From: a virus
Lineage: Duplodnaviria > Caudoviricetes
Strand: one strand, 5' to 3'
DNA length: 64,000 bases
IMG/VR virus record: IMGVR_UViG_3300045996_000612
Location: 779-64,778 of that record
A program made the translations under genes and the position numbers. Shown piece by piece: positions 55,569-64,000 of the stretch (the stretch's first letter is position 1; the number at the start of each line of letters is the position of its first letter). The notes beneath the pieces were generated by a model. That model had not been told where the DNA came from, ran no database searches, and saw only the letters and a list, made by a program, of their open reading frames with translations.

Positions 55569-56198
55569 TCAAAAAATCTTCTTGAGTGCCTTGCCCAGAA
55601 TGCCGCCCTGAGCTGCCAGTTTCGCTGCGGTGGTCCAGGTCTCCTTGCGGAACAGGTCGGCAGGAGAACTTCCCATCGCCGCCAGCCGCATTTCGTCGCC
55701 CATGCCGTCGAGCTTTTCGTTGCCCTTGGTCTGGTAGTATTCCGAGTCCTTGTACAGCGCGCGCCCGGTCAGGGCGTCCTGGTTGGTGTGCAGCCCCTTC
55801 TTGCGCGCCCAGTTGTGGTGGGCGGCGATGCCGACGGCCACCGCCACCGGCCAGGCCGCCGCCAGACCACTGCCGGCCGAACCACTGGCCGCAGCACCGG
55901 TGCCACCCGCTGCCGTCCCGCCCGCCGCAGCGCCACCGGATGTCGCCCCGCCGGCTGCCGCACCAGAACCGCCGCCACCGAACGACTGCATCATCGACAT
56001 CATCGAGCCGGGATTCATGCCGCCCAGGCCGTTCTCGGCCGGATGCGGCTGGGACTGCGCCTGCTGCATGCGCGCCTGCTGCTGGGCGATGAATTCCTGC
56101 TGGCGGCGCTGCTCTTCTTCCTGCTCGCGCTGCAGGCGCTCCTGCTCAAGTCTCGCCTTTTGCTCGGGCGTCATTGGCGCATCGTAGACAGAATTCAT
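55569..56198 (-). CDS. Gly/Ala-rich ejection-like protein
   Basis: Gln-rich coil, Gly-Ala tract, hydrophobic WPVAVAVGIAA. Confidence 0.6.
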   Translation of the reverse strand: MNSVYDAPMTPEQKARLEQERLQREQEEEQRRQQEFIAQQQARMQQAQSQPHPAENGLGGMNPGSMMSMMQSFGGGGSGAAAGGATSGGAAAGGTAAGGTGAAASGSAGSGLAAAWPVAVAVGIAAHHNWARKKGLHTNQDALTGRALYKDSEYYQTKGNEKLDGMGDEMRLAAMGSSPADLFRKETWTTAAKLAAQGGILGKALKKIF

Positions 56199-56929
56199 GA
56201 GATTTCCCGGTTGAAGTGCGCGATGCTCGGCGCCACTGCTGCGTTGATGATGTCCAGCCGGCGCTGCACCTCGACATGGTGCTCGGGGTGGTAGCGTTTC
56301 AGGTACTTGGCCGCGCCGTTCTCCCAGTAGGCCGAGCACGTCATGCAGTCGGGCGCGCCGTCCAGCATCTCGTAAAAGCGCAGGATCGGCGCATCCTGCT
56401 CGCGCAGGTAGTCCATCACCTGCTGGGTGCTCCAGTCCTCGATCGGGAACAGGTACTCGATGCCCAGGTCGACCGCGCCGGAGCGCACTGGCGCCTTGAG
56501 CTGGTCGGCCTGCTTCTGTCCCCGGATGACCAGCGTGATGCCATCAAGCACCATGCGTTCGTGCATCGGGACAATGTAGGTGCGCGCGCAACACGAATAG
56601 CGGTCCTGGATCAACTGGCCGCCGCCGTTGGCGACCACCCCGATGGTCGTGCTGTCGGCCGGCACGATGTCCGACGGCAGGCCGAACCCGGCCACCACGC
56701 CCGGCTGGTTGCCGGCGATCTCGACGAACTGCGGGACGATGGCGCGCACGCCGCGCATGATCGCCTCGGTTTCGGGGAATGGGTCTCCGGTGTTGCACCA
56801 GTAGACAGTCAGTTTGGACCAGTGCGGGCGCAGCAGGTACAGGCAGGCCAGCGAATCCCGGCCGCCCGATACCTGCAGGGCGATGCGCTCATGGCGCGCG
56901 ATGGCGTCGTCGATCGCGTTCATCACCAT
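56195..56929 (-). CDS. PAPS-reductase-family PP-loop protein
   Basis: SGGRDS, NTG...PET, CC, G....D, PI.DWS...V..YL, CMTC. Confidence 0.85.
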   Translation of the reverse strand: MVMNAIDDAIARHERIALQVSGGRDSLACLYLLRPHWSKLTVYWCNTGDPFPETEAIMRGVRAIVPQFVEIAGNQPGVVAGFGLPSDIVPADSTTIGVVANGGGQLIQDRYSCCARTYIVPMHERMVLDGITLVIRGQKQADQLKAPVRSGAVDLGIEYLFPIEDWSTQQVMDYLREQDAPILRFYEMLDGAPDCMTCSAYWENGAAKYLKRYHPEHHVEVQRRLDIINAAVAPSIAHFNREIS

Positions 56930-58098
56930 GCCGCAATCGCCGCGCCGCCGAGCGTGCCCAGCATCGAGCCGAAGCCGGCCGACGCTTGCCCGCTGGCCTG
57001 CTGCTGTATGCCCCAGGCGTTGAGCTGGTTGCCGTACAGGTTGTTGAGCAGGTTGCCGCCGGCGGTGTTGCCCTGGATTGCACCGCCATAGCCGGTGTTC
57101 ATGATGCCGGTGTTGGCAATAAAGCTGTTGTTGCCGGCGCCGTTCGCACCCACAGCGGCATTGCCTGCCGTGATGCCCAGGCCCAGCCCGGTGTATCCGC
57201 CACCCTGATTGCCGATGCCCAGCGAAGCCGCGGTGTTGCCGATGCCTGCTGCCGCCAGCCCCATGTTCTTGGCCTGCATGGCAGTCGCATCGCCAGCCTG
57301 GCGCGCGGTGTGCGCAGCGCCGGTGGCCTGCATGCCCAGTTGGCTGGCCTGTGTGCCGTTGCCGAGTACCTGCTGGCCAAGCTGGGTGGCCTGGCCGCGC
57401 ATTTGCTGCGCCTGCCCGCGCACGTTGTCTCGGGTGGCGTTCTGCGCGCCGGCGGCGGCCAGCGCGGTGGTCAGCCCTGCAGACCGGTCGATCGCGGCGT
57501 AGCGCCCGGAGCGCGGGTCAATGCCCATGCTGGCCATCTGGCGCTGCTGGACCTGCTGCTGTTGGGCGGCATTGCCGACGACATCGGCCTTGGCCTTGGC
57601 CGCTTCCGAGTCGAGCCTGGCATCGCTGTCCCAGGACATCGCATCGCTGACCACCTTGTCCTGCACCGGGCGGAACAGGGTCTTGTAGCGGTCGCGCTCC
57701 TCGCCGCCGAAAGCGTTGTGCTCGGCGGCCTGGCGCATGAACTCGGCTTCGTAGCGCTGGCCGGCAGCCGACGCATCGGCGCCGTACTTGTCCAGCGAGG
57801 CCATCGTGTCGCGCCCGAGCTGGCGGTCCTGGTTGGCCCAGCCGTCGTATTTTTGGCGGTAGTCGGCCTGGACCTTGCGGTCTTCCTGCGCCCAGGCGTC
57901 AGCCTGCTGCTGGGTTGCCAGCCCGGACTCGACCACGCGCTTGACCAGCGCATCGGTGTCTTGCTGGCGGCCCTCGCTGTCCTTGTACTGCTCCTTGGAG
58001 AAGTCGAGCCACTGGCGGCCCAGTTCGACGTTCTGCGCGGCGGCCTGGCCGATCGCCGGGTCCGGCGCTGGTGGTGGACTGCTGCTCTTTTTTCCCAT
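56923..58098 (-). CDS. Internal virion (ejection/pilot) protein
   Basis: MGKKSSSPPPAPDP start; MGI.P.SGR motif; Gly/Asn-rich C-terminus. Confidence 0.75.
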   Translation of the reverse strand: MGKKSSSPPPAPDPAIGQAAAQNVELGRQWLDFSKEQYKDSEGRQQDTDALVKRVVESGLATQQQADAWAQEDRKVQADYRQKYDGWANQDRQLGRDTMASLDKYGADASAAGQRYEAEFMRQAAEHNAFGGEERDRYKTLFRPVQDKVVSDAMSWDSDARLDSEAAKAKADVVGNAAQQQQVQQRQMASMGIDPRSGRYAAIDRSAGLTTALAAAGAQNATRDNVRGQAQQMRGQATQLGQQVLGNGTQASQLGMQATGAAHTARQAGDATAMQAKNMGLAAAGIGNTAASLGIGNQGGGYTGLGLGITAGNAAVGANGAGNNSFIANTGIMNTGYGGAIQGNTAGGNLLNNLYGNQLNAWGIQQQASGQASAGFGSMLGTLGGAAIAAW

Positions 58099-58107
58099 GT
58101 CACATCC

Positions 58108-58524
58108 TTAAATGAAACGGCACCGGCTTTTTGTGAGGCCCAGTGAAATCATCGCCACGCCCGGCCCGCCGGCTTCCGGGTGATACCCCTCCCGCACGAA
58201 GCCCAGGTGCTCGTCGAAGGCCAGCGCCTGCGCATTGGTCTCGTCGACCATTCCGGTCAGCCGCAGCAGGCCGGCTTGCGTGAAGGCGAACGCGAATGTG
58301 GCCAGCAGCAACTCCTTGCTCATCCAGCGCCGGGTGCCATCGCTGGCAATGTGAATGTGCGCGTCGACGTCGGACCAGTTATCGAAGACGACCACAGCTA
58401 CCAGCTCGCCGCCCCGCTCCAGGCCAATCGCGCGCGCATCCGGGCGGAATGCCTCGATGCCGATGCGTTCACGCGCCCACGGCAGCAGTCGTTCCTCCTC
58501 GCCATAGACCAATCTTGCCGTCAT
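58108..58524 (-). CDS. GNAT-family acetyltransferase
   Basis: F..AF.Q.G..RLTG.V...N..AL.F..HLGF..EG. Confidence 0.85.
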   Translation of the reverse strand: MTARLVYGEEERLLPWARERIGIEAFRPDARAIGLERGGELVAVVVFDNWSDVDAHIHIASDGTRRWMSKELLLATFAFAFTQAGLLRLTGMVDETNAQALAFDEHLGFVREGYHPEAGGPGVAMISLGLTKSRCRFI

Positions 58525-58594
58525 CGTTCGAAACGCTGGTTAGAAATCACCACCATGATACAGAAAACGCACCAGCGCCGATACCAAAATAGGC

Positions 58595-58873
58595 TCACCG
58601 CCACGTGATCTTCGCGCCGACCAGGTTGAGTATGGCAGCGATCGAGCGCAGGTCTTCCACCAGCGCGTTGAACTCTGCCGCCGTAGGCGCGGCTGTAACG
58701 GGCGCGGCCGTGAACGTCACCTTCCCGAAATTAGCCAGGTCGGCATGGACAATTGCACGCTGGCCGGCGGCGCCGCGCGAACGGTCTCCGATGAGCGACT
58801 GCAATTTCTCCATCTGGGCAGGGGTAAGCAACGGGGTTGGCCCGCGCGAGCCGGGGCTGGATGGGTAAGCCAT
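58595..58873 (-). CDS. Small tail-associated protein
   Basis: AAPTAAEFNAL..DL motif; directly after the nozzle gene. Confidence 0.65.
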   Translation of the reverse strand: MAYPSSPGSRGPTPLLTPAQMEKLQSLIGDRSRGAAGQRAIVHADLANFGKVTFTAAPVTAAPTAAEFNALVEDLRSIAAILNLVGAKITWR

Positions 58874-60618
58874 TAGACACTCCTCAGTTCTTGGGCAGTT
58901 CGGGCCATGACGACCTCCTGAATATCAATGTTGCCGGTCACTTCGACTTCCCACTGGCGGCACAGGCGCCCGCCGGGCAGTCGGACGATTTTGCCGCCAC
59001 GCGAGACGGATGCGACCAGATCGCCGTCGGCGTAGATGTTGACACTGACCTGCGGGCCGGGCGGCGCCGGCACCAGAATATCTCCGTTGACCGGGTATTC
59101 GCCGAGCATCGAGCCGTTGATGTCGCCAAAGATCGACGGGGCAGCGAACAGCGCCGCATTGATCGTCTGCACCGCGGCATTGGCCGCCTCGGCTGCCGAG
59201 ATGGCGGCCAGATCCTCGCGGTCGTCCACCTCGAACATCAGTGCCCCGAAGCTGGTTGGCGCTGGCAGCATGAACGGCTTGGAGCGCCAGGTCTGGATGT
59301 CGTTGGTCGACTGCTTCGAGTCCCATTCGAAGATCGTTGTTCCCATGACCATGTAGAGCGCGCCGCTGGTCACTTCGTAGAAGAAGGCATCCGACTTGTG
59401 CTGGCTGCGGATCAGGAACGGCGCCTCGCCGGACAGGTCCAGGATCAGCGAGCCCTTCACCAGCAAGCCGTCGGTCTCGATGTAGTCGTAGGAGCCGAAG
59501 AAGCGCCCATAGAACTGGCCGCAGACCATCGAGGACGGGCCGAGCTTGAGCCACTGGTCGCGCGTGAGCAGGCTGCCGGTGACGACGCGTGCGGCGCCGC
59601 CCTGCACCACCACCAGGCCGTCGTGGGACGGGTAGGCGACGGCATAGCCCAGGTCGACCATGCCCTGCGGGTTCAGGCATGGCATGTTGAGCTCCAGCCG
59701 CTCCATCACCATCGACTCCGGCGCGGTGCCGGCGGCCAGGTACGGGTTGCCCTTGGTGCCCACCACCAGCGTGGTGCCATAGACGGCCAGCGCCACGATG
59801 TCGTAGTCGGTGGTGAGGACGTATTTCTGGGGCCAGGCGTGCGGGCGGTACGGCTCGCAAAAGTACAGGTCTTTACCCACAAACCCGGCCATCATCCCGT
59901 TGGGCATCGACACTAGACCGGTCAGGCCATCGGGCGGGGCATTCCAGTCGAGCGATGGCAGCGGTTCCGAGAAATCGTTCAGCGCCAGGCTGTCGACATA
60001 GTTGGCCGTACTCGCCGCGCGCTCATGAATGAAATACAGGTTGGTGCCGCCGGACGTGCCGGTCTGGGAGCGGTAGATCCTTTGCTTGGTGATGGCGCGC
60101 CCCGACGGCGGCGCCGTGAAGCCCGACAGTGTGACGCTGTTTCCGGGCGAGACTAGCAGGTCGGCCGTGACCGGAGAGGGTTCCGACTCCTCCTCGAAGC
60201 TCGTCACCCAGGTGTAGACGTAGAGCACCGTGCTGGTGACGCTGCCGGTGGTGCCGGTGCGCGCCGCGGTCAGGGCAGTGCTGGGCGCCTGAACGGCCAG
60301 GTCATAGACGGCGCCGGCCACGCGCATCTTCGGCTTGCCGTCGCCGGTGTAGTACAGCCGGTCCTGCGCCACCGGGCCGGGCACGGCGTGTACCACCGTC
60401 GGCCAGTGCAGCCAGTCGGTTAGGTGGCGGTAGATCGTCTTGACCGCCCCTTCGGTCGCGCCATTCAGGATGTGGACCGGGAACGGCTTGCGGAACGGCG
60501 ACAGTTTGCCGTCTTCCAGGCGGGTGGACTGCGCGATCTGCGCGCCCGTATCAGGCAGCAGCCTTGGTGTGACCCGCGGCGCCTCACCTGTAAATCCTGC
60601 CAGCTTGATGACGGGCAT
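58873..60618 (-). CDS. Tail nozzle / tail tubular protein B
   Basis: F.GE.PR..PRLLP, YVYT.V....EES.PS, PNG.MAGF.G..L.FCEPY.PHAWP, WRSK.F. Confidence 0.8.
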   Translation of the reverse strand: MPVIKLAGFTGEAPRVTPRLLPDTGAQIAQSTRLEDGKLSPFRKPFPVHILNGATEGAVKTIYRHLTDWLHWPTVVHAVPGPVAQDRLYYTGDGKPKMRVAGAVYDLAVQAPSTALTAARTGTTGSVTSTVLYVYTWVTSFEEESEPSPVTADLLVSPGNSVTLSGFTAPPSGRAITKQRIYRSQTGTSGGTNLYFIHERAASTANYVDSLALNDFSEPLPSLDWNAPPDGLTGLVSMPNGMMAGFVGKDLYFCEPYRPHAWPQKYVLTTDYDIVALAVYGTTLVVGTKGNPYLAAGTAPESMVMERLELNMPCLNPQGMVDLGYAVAYPSHDGLVVVQGGAARVVTGSLLTRDQWLKLGPSSMVCGQFYGRFFGSYDYIETDGLLVKGSLILDLSGEAPFLIRSQHKSDAFFYEVTSGALYMVMGTTIFEWDSKQSTNDIQTWRSKPFMLPAPTSFGALMFEVDDREDLAAISAAEAANAAVQTINAALFAAPSIFGDINGSMLGEYPVNGDILVPAPPGPQVSVNIYADGDLVASVSRGGKIVRLPGGRLCRQWEVEVTGNIDIQEVVMARTAQELRSV

Positions 60619-60628
60619 GTGCGCTCCT

Positions 60629-61744
60629 TCAGGTCTTCAAAATAAAATTGCAAACCAGCGTCGGCTGCACGTTGTTGTGCGCCTGGCCGGAACCGGTGTT
60701 CTGCGTCGAGATGCCGGTCGTCGTGGCGCTCAGGGATATGCCGGTGCCGGCCCCGTAGATGCCGATGCTGGTCACGGCGGCGGCGATGCTGATGCCGGTC
60801 GTCTTCGTATTGGTCGTGCGCGAGTCCGTGATTTCGGCTACACCGTTACCTGCGATCATGCCGGAACCACCATTGCCGGTGACGTTCGTGTCGCTGACGG
60901 TATGGTTGTGGCCGGGGTCCGAAACACCGTGTGCGTGGCCAGGATCGTAGACACTGTGCGCGTGAGTCGGATCGTTGACCGTGTGGTTGTGACCGGGATC
61001 GGTGACGGCGTGGCTGTGCGCTGGCAGTTGTGCCGTGGTCAGCGCGTGCGTCTCGGCGCCCAGTGCTGCGCCCAGCGTCGCCCCGGTCAGGCGGCTGGCA
61101 GCGGTGCCGCCCATGTTATCCACGCCGGCGGCGGTGCGCCCGCGCATGTCCGGCAGTTTCGGGTTGCCCGAACCATCCTGACCAAATGGGAACCCCTCGG
61201 CGATGTAGAGCGCGCGCAACGCATCCAAGCCAGAGTTCGAGAACAGCGTGCGGCCGTCGGCGAACGTCCAGCCGATCGGAGAAGAGGTGCGGGACCACGG
61301 GATCGGGCCAAAGCCCGTTGGGATCAGGGCGGTCAGCGCCACGGCCAGGTTCGAGGCGGTTTCGTCCCGCAGCGCGCCGATGGCCGTCTCGATGTCGGTT
61401 TCGGTCTGGTCGGCCAACGCCTCCACGGCGGCCAGCGCATCCGCCTGGAGCTGGGTGACGACGCCAGCGGTCATGCGGATCTCGGCGCGGTCGCCGGTAT
61501 CCCACGCCAGTGCGGAGGTTCCCTCCTGCGCGCGCACCGCGGTTAGGAGGTTCGAACTGCAGTTCGTGACCCTCACGATCTCAATGTGCCCTTCGGCATC
61601 CGAAAGCGTCATCGGGAAGAACTCGCCGGCAGCGAGAGGTGGGAAATTGCCGGATTCGCCTGCTACCAGCACGATGGTGGTCCCATCGGCAGCCAGCGGC
61701 GCGGCGAGGTGCGCGCTGGCGTTGTTGGCCATTCTAATCGACAT
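60629..61744 (-). CDS. Tail fibre with collar domain
   Basis: Shared ANNAS...RAQEGT anchor; P.GW...DG, LPD.RGR; V.DPGH.H repeats; HNNVQP. Confidence 0.85.
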   Translation of the reverse strand: MSIRMANNASAHLAAPLAADGTTIVLVAGESGNFPPLAAGEFFPMTLSDAEGHIEIVRVTNCSSNLLTAVRAQEGTSALAWDTGDRAEIRMTAGVVTQLQADALAAVEALADQTETDIETAIGALRDETASNLAVALTALIPTGFGPIPWSRTSSPIGWTFADGRTLFSNSGLDALRALYIAEGFPFGQDGSGNPKLPDMRGRTAAGVDNMGGTAASRLTGATLGAALGAETHALTTAQLPAHSHAVTDPGHNHTVNDPTHAHSVYDPGHAHGVSDPGHNHTVSDTNVTGNGGSGMIAGNGVAEITDSRTTNTKTTGISIAAAVTSIGIYGAGTGISLSATTTGISTQNTGSGQAHNNVQPTLVCNFILKT

Positions 61745-61859
61745 GCCAAAATCTCCTTGTCAGTGTTCACGGGAATGCAGGGCAAAGCCCGTGATGACAG
61801 AGGTTCTGGCTTGATCAGGTAGGCGGTGGTGGACATGGCCGGATTCTACCGTAGACGGG

Positions 61860-62390
61860 TCATTTCAGGTACGTGATGGTGATCGAACCGCCCGACGGCA
61901 CGACGATCGAATAGCTGGACCCTGGCGTGACCGGGATGTCCGAAAAGGACACGGGCGTTTGCGCGACATTGCCGGTGCTGCCGGGGAAGGTCTTGCCGAA
62001 GCCGGTTGCCGACGCGCCGGTCTTGATCGGCGTGTTCGTGGTGTAGGAGGTATCCGTGAAGGCGTAGCACTGCTGGAAATAGTCGTAGGTCGGGTCGTTC
62101 GGGGTCGACTGCTGCGCATCGCAGTAGTCGGCTGGCTTGGCGCCTGGCAGTCCCGTGCTGGTGCCCAGCGATTCCGTGTCAAACCCGCCGGCGCGCTTGT
62201 GCTTGTACAGGGTGGTCGTCCGGCTGTACTGCGTCACGGTCGTGGAACTGGCATTGGTGCCGCGCGCGCCATAGCCGGATGCCGTGGCAAGCACGTACAC
62301 GGCCGCAGGAGCCGGCCACGTTGTGTTGGCGGTGAACGTCTCTGTGACCAGTTTGCGCGATCCCAGCGCGGCCAGCATCATGAGGCTCAT
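61860..62390 (-). CDS. Fibre tip partner protein
   Basis: TFT.N.TW.AP...V.PG.SY.IVV motifs; follows the fibre gene. Confidence 0.6.
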   Translation of the reverse strand: MSLMMLAALGSRKLVTETFTANTTWPAPAAVYVLATASGYGARGTNASSTTVTQYSRTTTLYKHKRAGGFDTESLGTSTGLPGAKPADYCDAQQSTPNDPTYDYFQQCYAFTDTSYTTNTPIKTGASATGFGKTFPGSTGNVAQTPVSFSDIPVTPGSSYSIVVPSGGSITITYLK

Positions 62391-63127
62391 CGGATCACCT
62401 TGCCGTAGAGCGTTGCGCCGGCGTCGCGGGTCCACAGCAGGATGAAGTCGATGCCGGCCGCTTGCAGCGCGATGCCGTGATTGGCGTTCCAGTCCGACGT
62501 GACGGTGAACTTGCCGTCGGTCTTGATCCAGTTGACAGCCGGGCCGGCGATGGCCGCCGCGCCCAGGTTGACGCCCTCGACCAGCATCTCGCCGCGCACG
62601 CCGGCGGGCGGCCAGTTCGTGATGTTCAGCGCCTGCGGACCGGTGCCTGGTGCAAAGCGGTGGTGCGGCCCTTCGGTGTAGTCCAGGATGGTGCCACCGG
62701 CATCGTCCTTGAAGGCATAGCCGGTGTCCTTAAGCACCGCGCGAGCCAGCGCCGTGTCGGCCATCGTGATGGTGCTGGTGGTCGACACTGGCCCGGTGAA
62801 GTCGGCGCCGGCGCGGTCGGCTTTCGCATCGATGCCGCCGGCGGTCAGGCGCAGGTCGATCTTGTCGCCAGCGGAAAACGTCACTGCGATCGTTCCCTCC
62901 TGTGCGCGCGACATGGTGAGAATGTCGCCGTTGCGCGCCGTGACCCTGACGATCTCGAATACCGGGTTGGGTCCGACCATCTTGACCATCGTGGCCATGA
63001 AGTGGTCGCCGTTGGCCAGGATAGGGAACTTTACCCCTTCACCCGATGCGACCGAGACGGTGGTGGACGATGCCGAGATTGCCCCGGCCAGCAATGATGA
63101 AGCGTTGTTTGCATAGCGAGCAACCAT
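62387..63127 (-). CDS. Short tail fibre
   Basis: ANNASS.LA..I...GEG..FP...EIVRVTAR.GD.LT..RAQEGT.A..F.AGD anchor; C-terminal D....T.D.G.T.YG. Confidence 0.75.
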   Translation of the reverse strand: MVARYANNASSLLAGAISASSTTVSVASGEGVKFPILANGDHFMATMVKMVGPNPVFEIVRVTARNGDILTMSRAQEGTIAVTFSAGDKIDLRLTAGGIDAKADRAGADFTGPVSTTSTITMADTALARAVLKDTGYAFKDDAGGTILDYTEGPHHRFAPGTGPQALNITNWPPAGVRGEMLVEGVNLGAAAIAGPAVNWIKTDGKFTVTSDWNANHGIALQAAGIDFILLWTRDAGATLYGKVIR

Positions 63128-63128
63128 C

Positions 63129-63416
63129 TTAGAGATCCTTTACGCGCAACTTGAATTCGGTTTCCTTGATCCGGCCGCCGGCCGTCGACGTGACCACGGT
63201 GATGGTGTAGGTCTTGCCGTCCGCGCCGCCCGACAGCCACACTTTCACCACCGCCTTGCTGGCGCTGACCGACACGCTTTCAACGATCAGGTCGAACTCA
63301 CCTGTTCCGGTGACTGCCGTGGCGCTGGTGATCGTGTCGCCCTCGGATAGCCACTGCTCGAAGTCGATGTCGTAGTCGAGCTGGTCGGCTGGCTGCTTGC
63401 TGAAGGTTTGAGGCAT
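63129..63416 (-). CDS. Fibre adaptor protein
   Basis: KQP...LDYD.DF..WL..GD.I.S...VWLSGG..G..Y...T..GR..E. Confidence 0.75.
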   Translation of the reverse strand: MPQTFSKQPADQLDYDIDFEQWLSEGDTITSATAVTGTGEFDLIVESVSVSASKAVVKVWLSGGADGKTYTITVVTSTAGGRIKETEFKLRVKDL

Positions 63417-64000
63417 TAGCGATCCCTTTCCGGTGCAACGTGAACGATCCGCATTTCCGGCGGGACGGCGATGGCACGCTCCTGAAACTGGCGGATGACC
63501 TTGGGCGCGCTGGCCACCATCAGGATGCGCGACGGATGCGCGGCGGCGAACGTCTGCGGGACCAGCTTCGGCCAGGGGATTCCTGCCGAGCCGGACAGGC
63601 GCAATTTTGCCACGCCACTGCCGAGTTGGGCGATGGAATTTGCGGAGGCATCCACGGCGCCCAGCACCATGCGCGCGGCGCCGGTGGCAATCGCTGCGAT
63701 GGTGCCGATGCCCGAGCCGGTCATGCTCATGCGTGCGGCACCGCCCAGGAACGGGATCACGACACCTTCGCCGATGGCGGCCAGGTGCGCACGCGCGGAC
63801 TGTGCGATGCCGTGCATGATCAGTTTGGCCTTGCCGTGCGCGGCCAGCGCCATCGCCGCGGCGCCGCTGCCAATGATCGCCACCACTCCGCCGCCGGAAG
63901 CTGCCGCCTGCATGGCGGCCACGCCACCCGAGTGCATGACCAGGTGCCCGGCAGCCGATGCGCTCATGGCCTGCTGCGCGGCACCGAACCCGAAGTGCGT
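63416..64000 (-). CDS. Ala/Gly-repeat fibre protein (5'-truncated by window edge)
   Basis: Open frame to the window end; G.A.M...A.G repeats; C-terminal R.I.V repeats. Confidence 0.6.
   Translation of the reverse strand, partial: THFGFGAAQQAMSASAAGHLVMHSGGVAAMQAAASGGGVVAIIGSGAAAMALAAHGKAKLIMHGIAQSARAHLAAIGEGVVIPFLGGAARMSMTGSGIGTIAAIATGAARMVLGAVDASANSIAQLGSGVAKLRLSGSAGIPWPKLVPQTFAAAHPSRILMVASAPKVIRQFQERAIAVPPEMRIVHVAPERDR

Noticed and set aside
48032-55585. 2517-aa plus-strand ORF (also 3853-6132, 8726-11395 and similar)
   Set aside because: Antisense shadows of real minus-strand genes in GC-rich DNA; no motifs or SD
56195-56929. DndC phosphorothioation system or sulfur auxiliary metabolic gene
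   Set aside because: No dndA/B/D/E or cys genes nearby, and the protein is shorter than DndC
60860-61020. Tandem repeats in the fibre gene
   Set aside because: Ordinary coding V.DPGH.H fibre repeats
61745-61840. Leader peptide or riboswitch before the collar fibre
   Set aside because: The upstream ATG lacks an SD and no convincing structure was found
1-64000. CRISPR array, diversity-generating retroelement or retron
   Set aside because: No repeat-spacer array, no reverse transcriptase motif and no template/variable repeat pair seen by eye

Overview
The window is an almost complete, circularly permuted genome of a temperate, GC-rich podovirus-like phage. Its gene content resembles the Bcep22/BcepIL02/DC1 (Lessievirus) type: N4-gp56-like capsid, a CsrA-like gene, tRNA-Ser, a GNAT and a PAPS-reductase-like gene among the ejection proteins, and several fibres. 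Two small proteins point to an Oxalobacteraceae (Massilia-like) host; this is an inference. Phage genes lie on both sides of an intact-looking attP (about 36520-36811), so this is the free or excised form. Minus strand: packaging, head and head fibres (14312 down to 1), continuing from the window end with tail fibres, nozzle, ejection proteins, lysis and a second fibre module (64000 down to 38073), plus replication and nin-like genes (26859 down to 15434). Plus strand: cI, ERF/exonuclease recombination and accessory genes (26995-35354). Main leads: (1) a CsrA-like gene next to a capsid 5' leader with two mutually exclusive folds, a candidate CsrA-activated translational switch; (2) a 19-bp palindrome YGGT-N11-ACCR upstream of early and late operons alike; (3) a small gene overprinted inside the 2487-aa ejection protein; (4) several unannotated structured RNAs; (5) a modular fibre/enzyme cluster after the lysis genes. 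All family assignments come from motif recognition by eye; no database searches were run.
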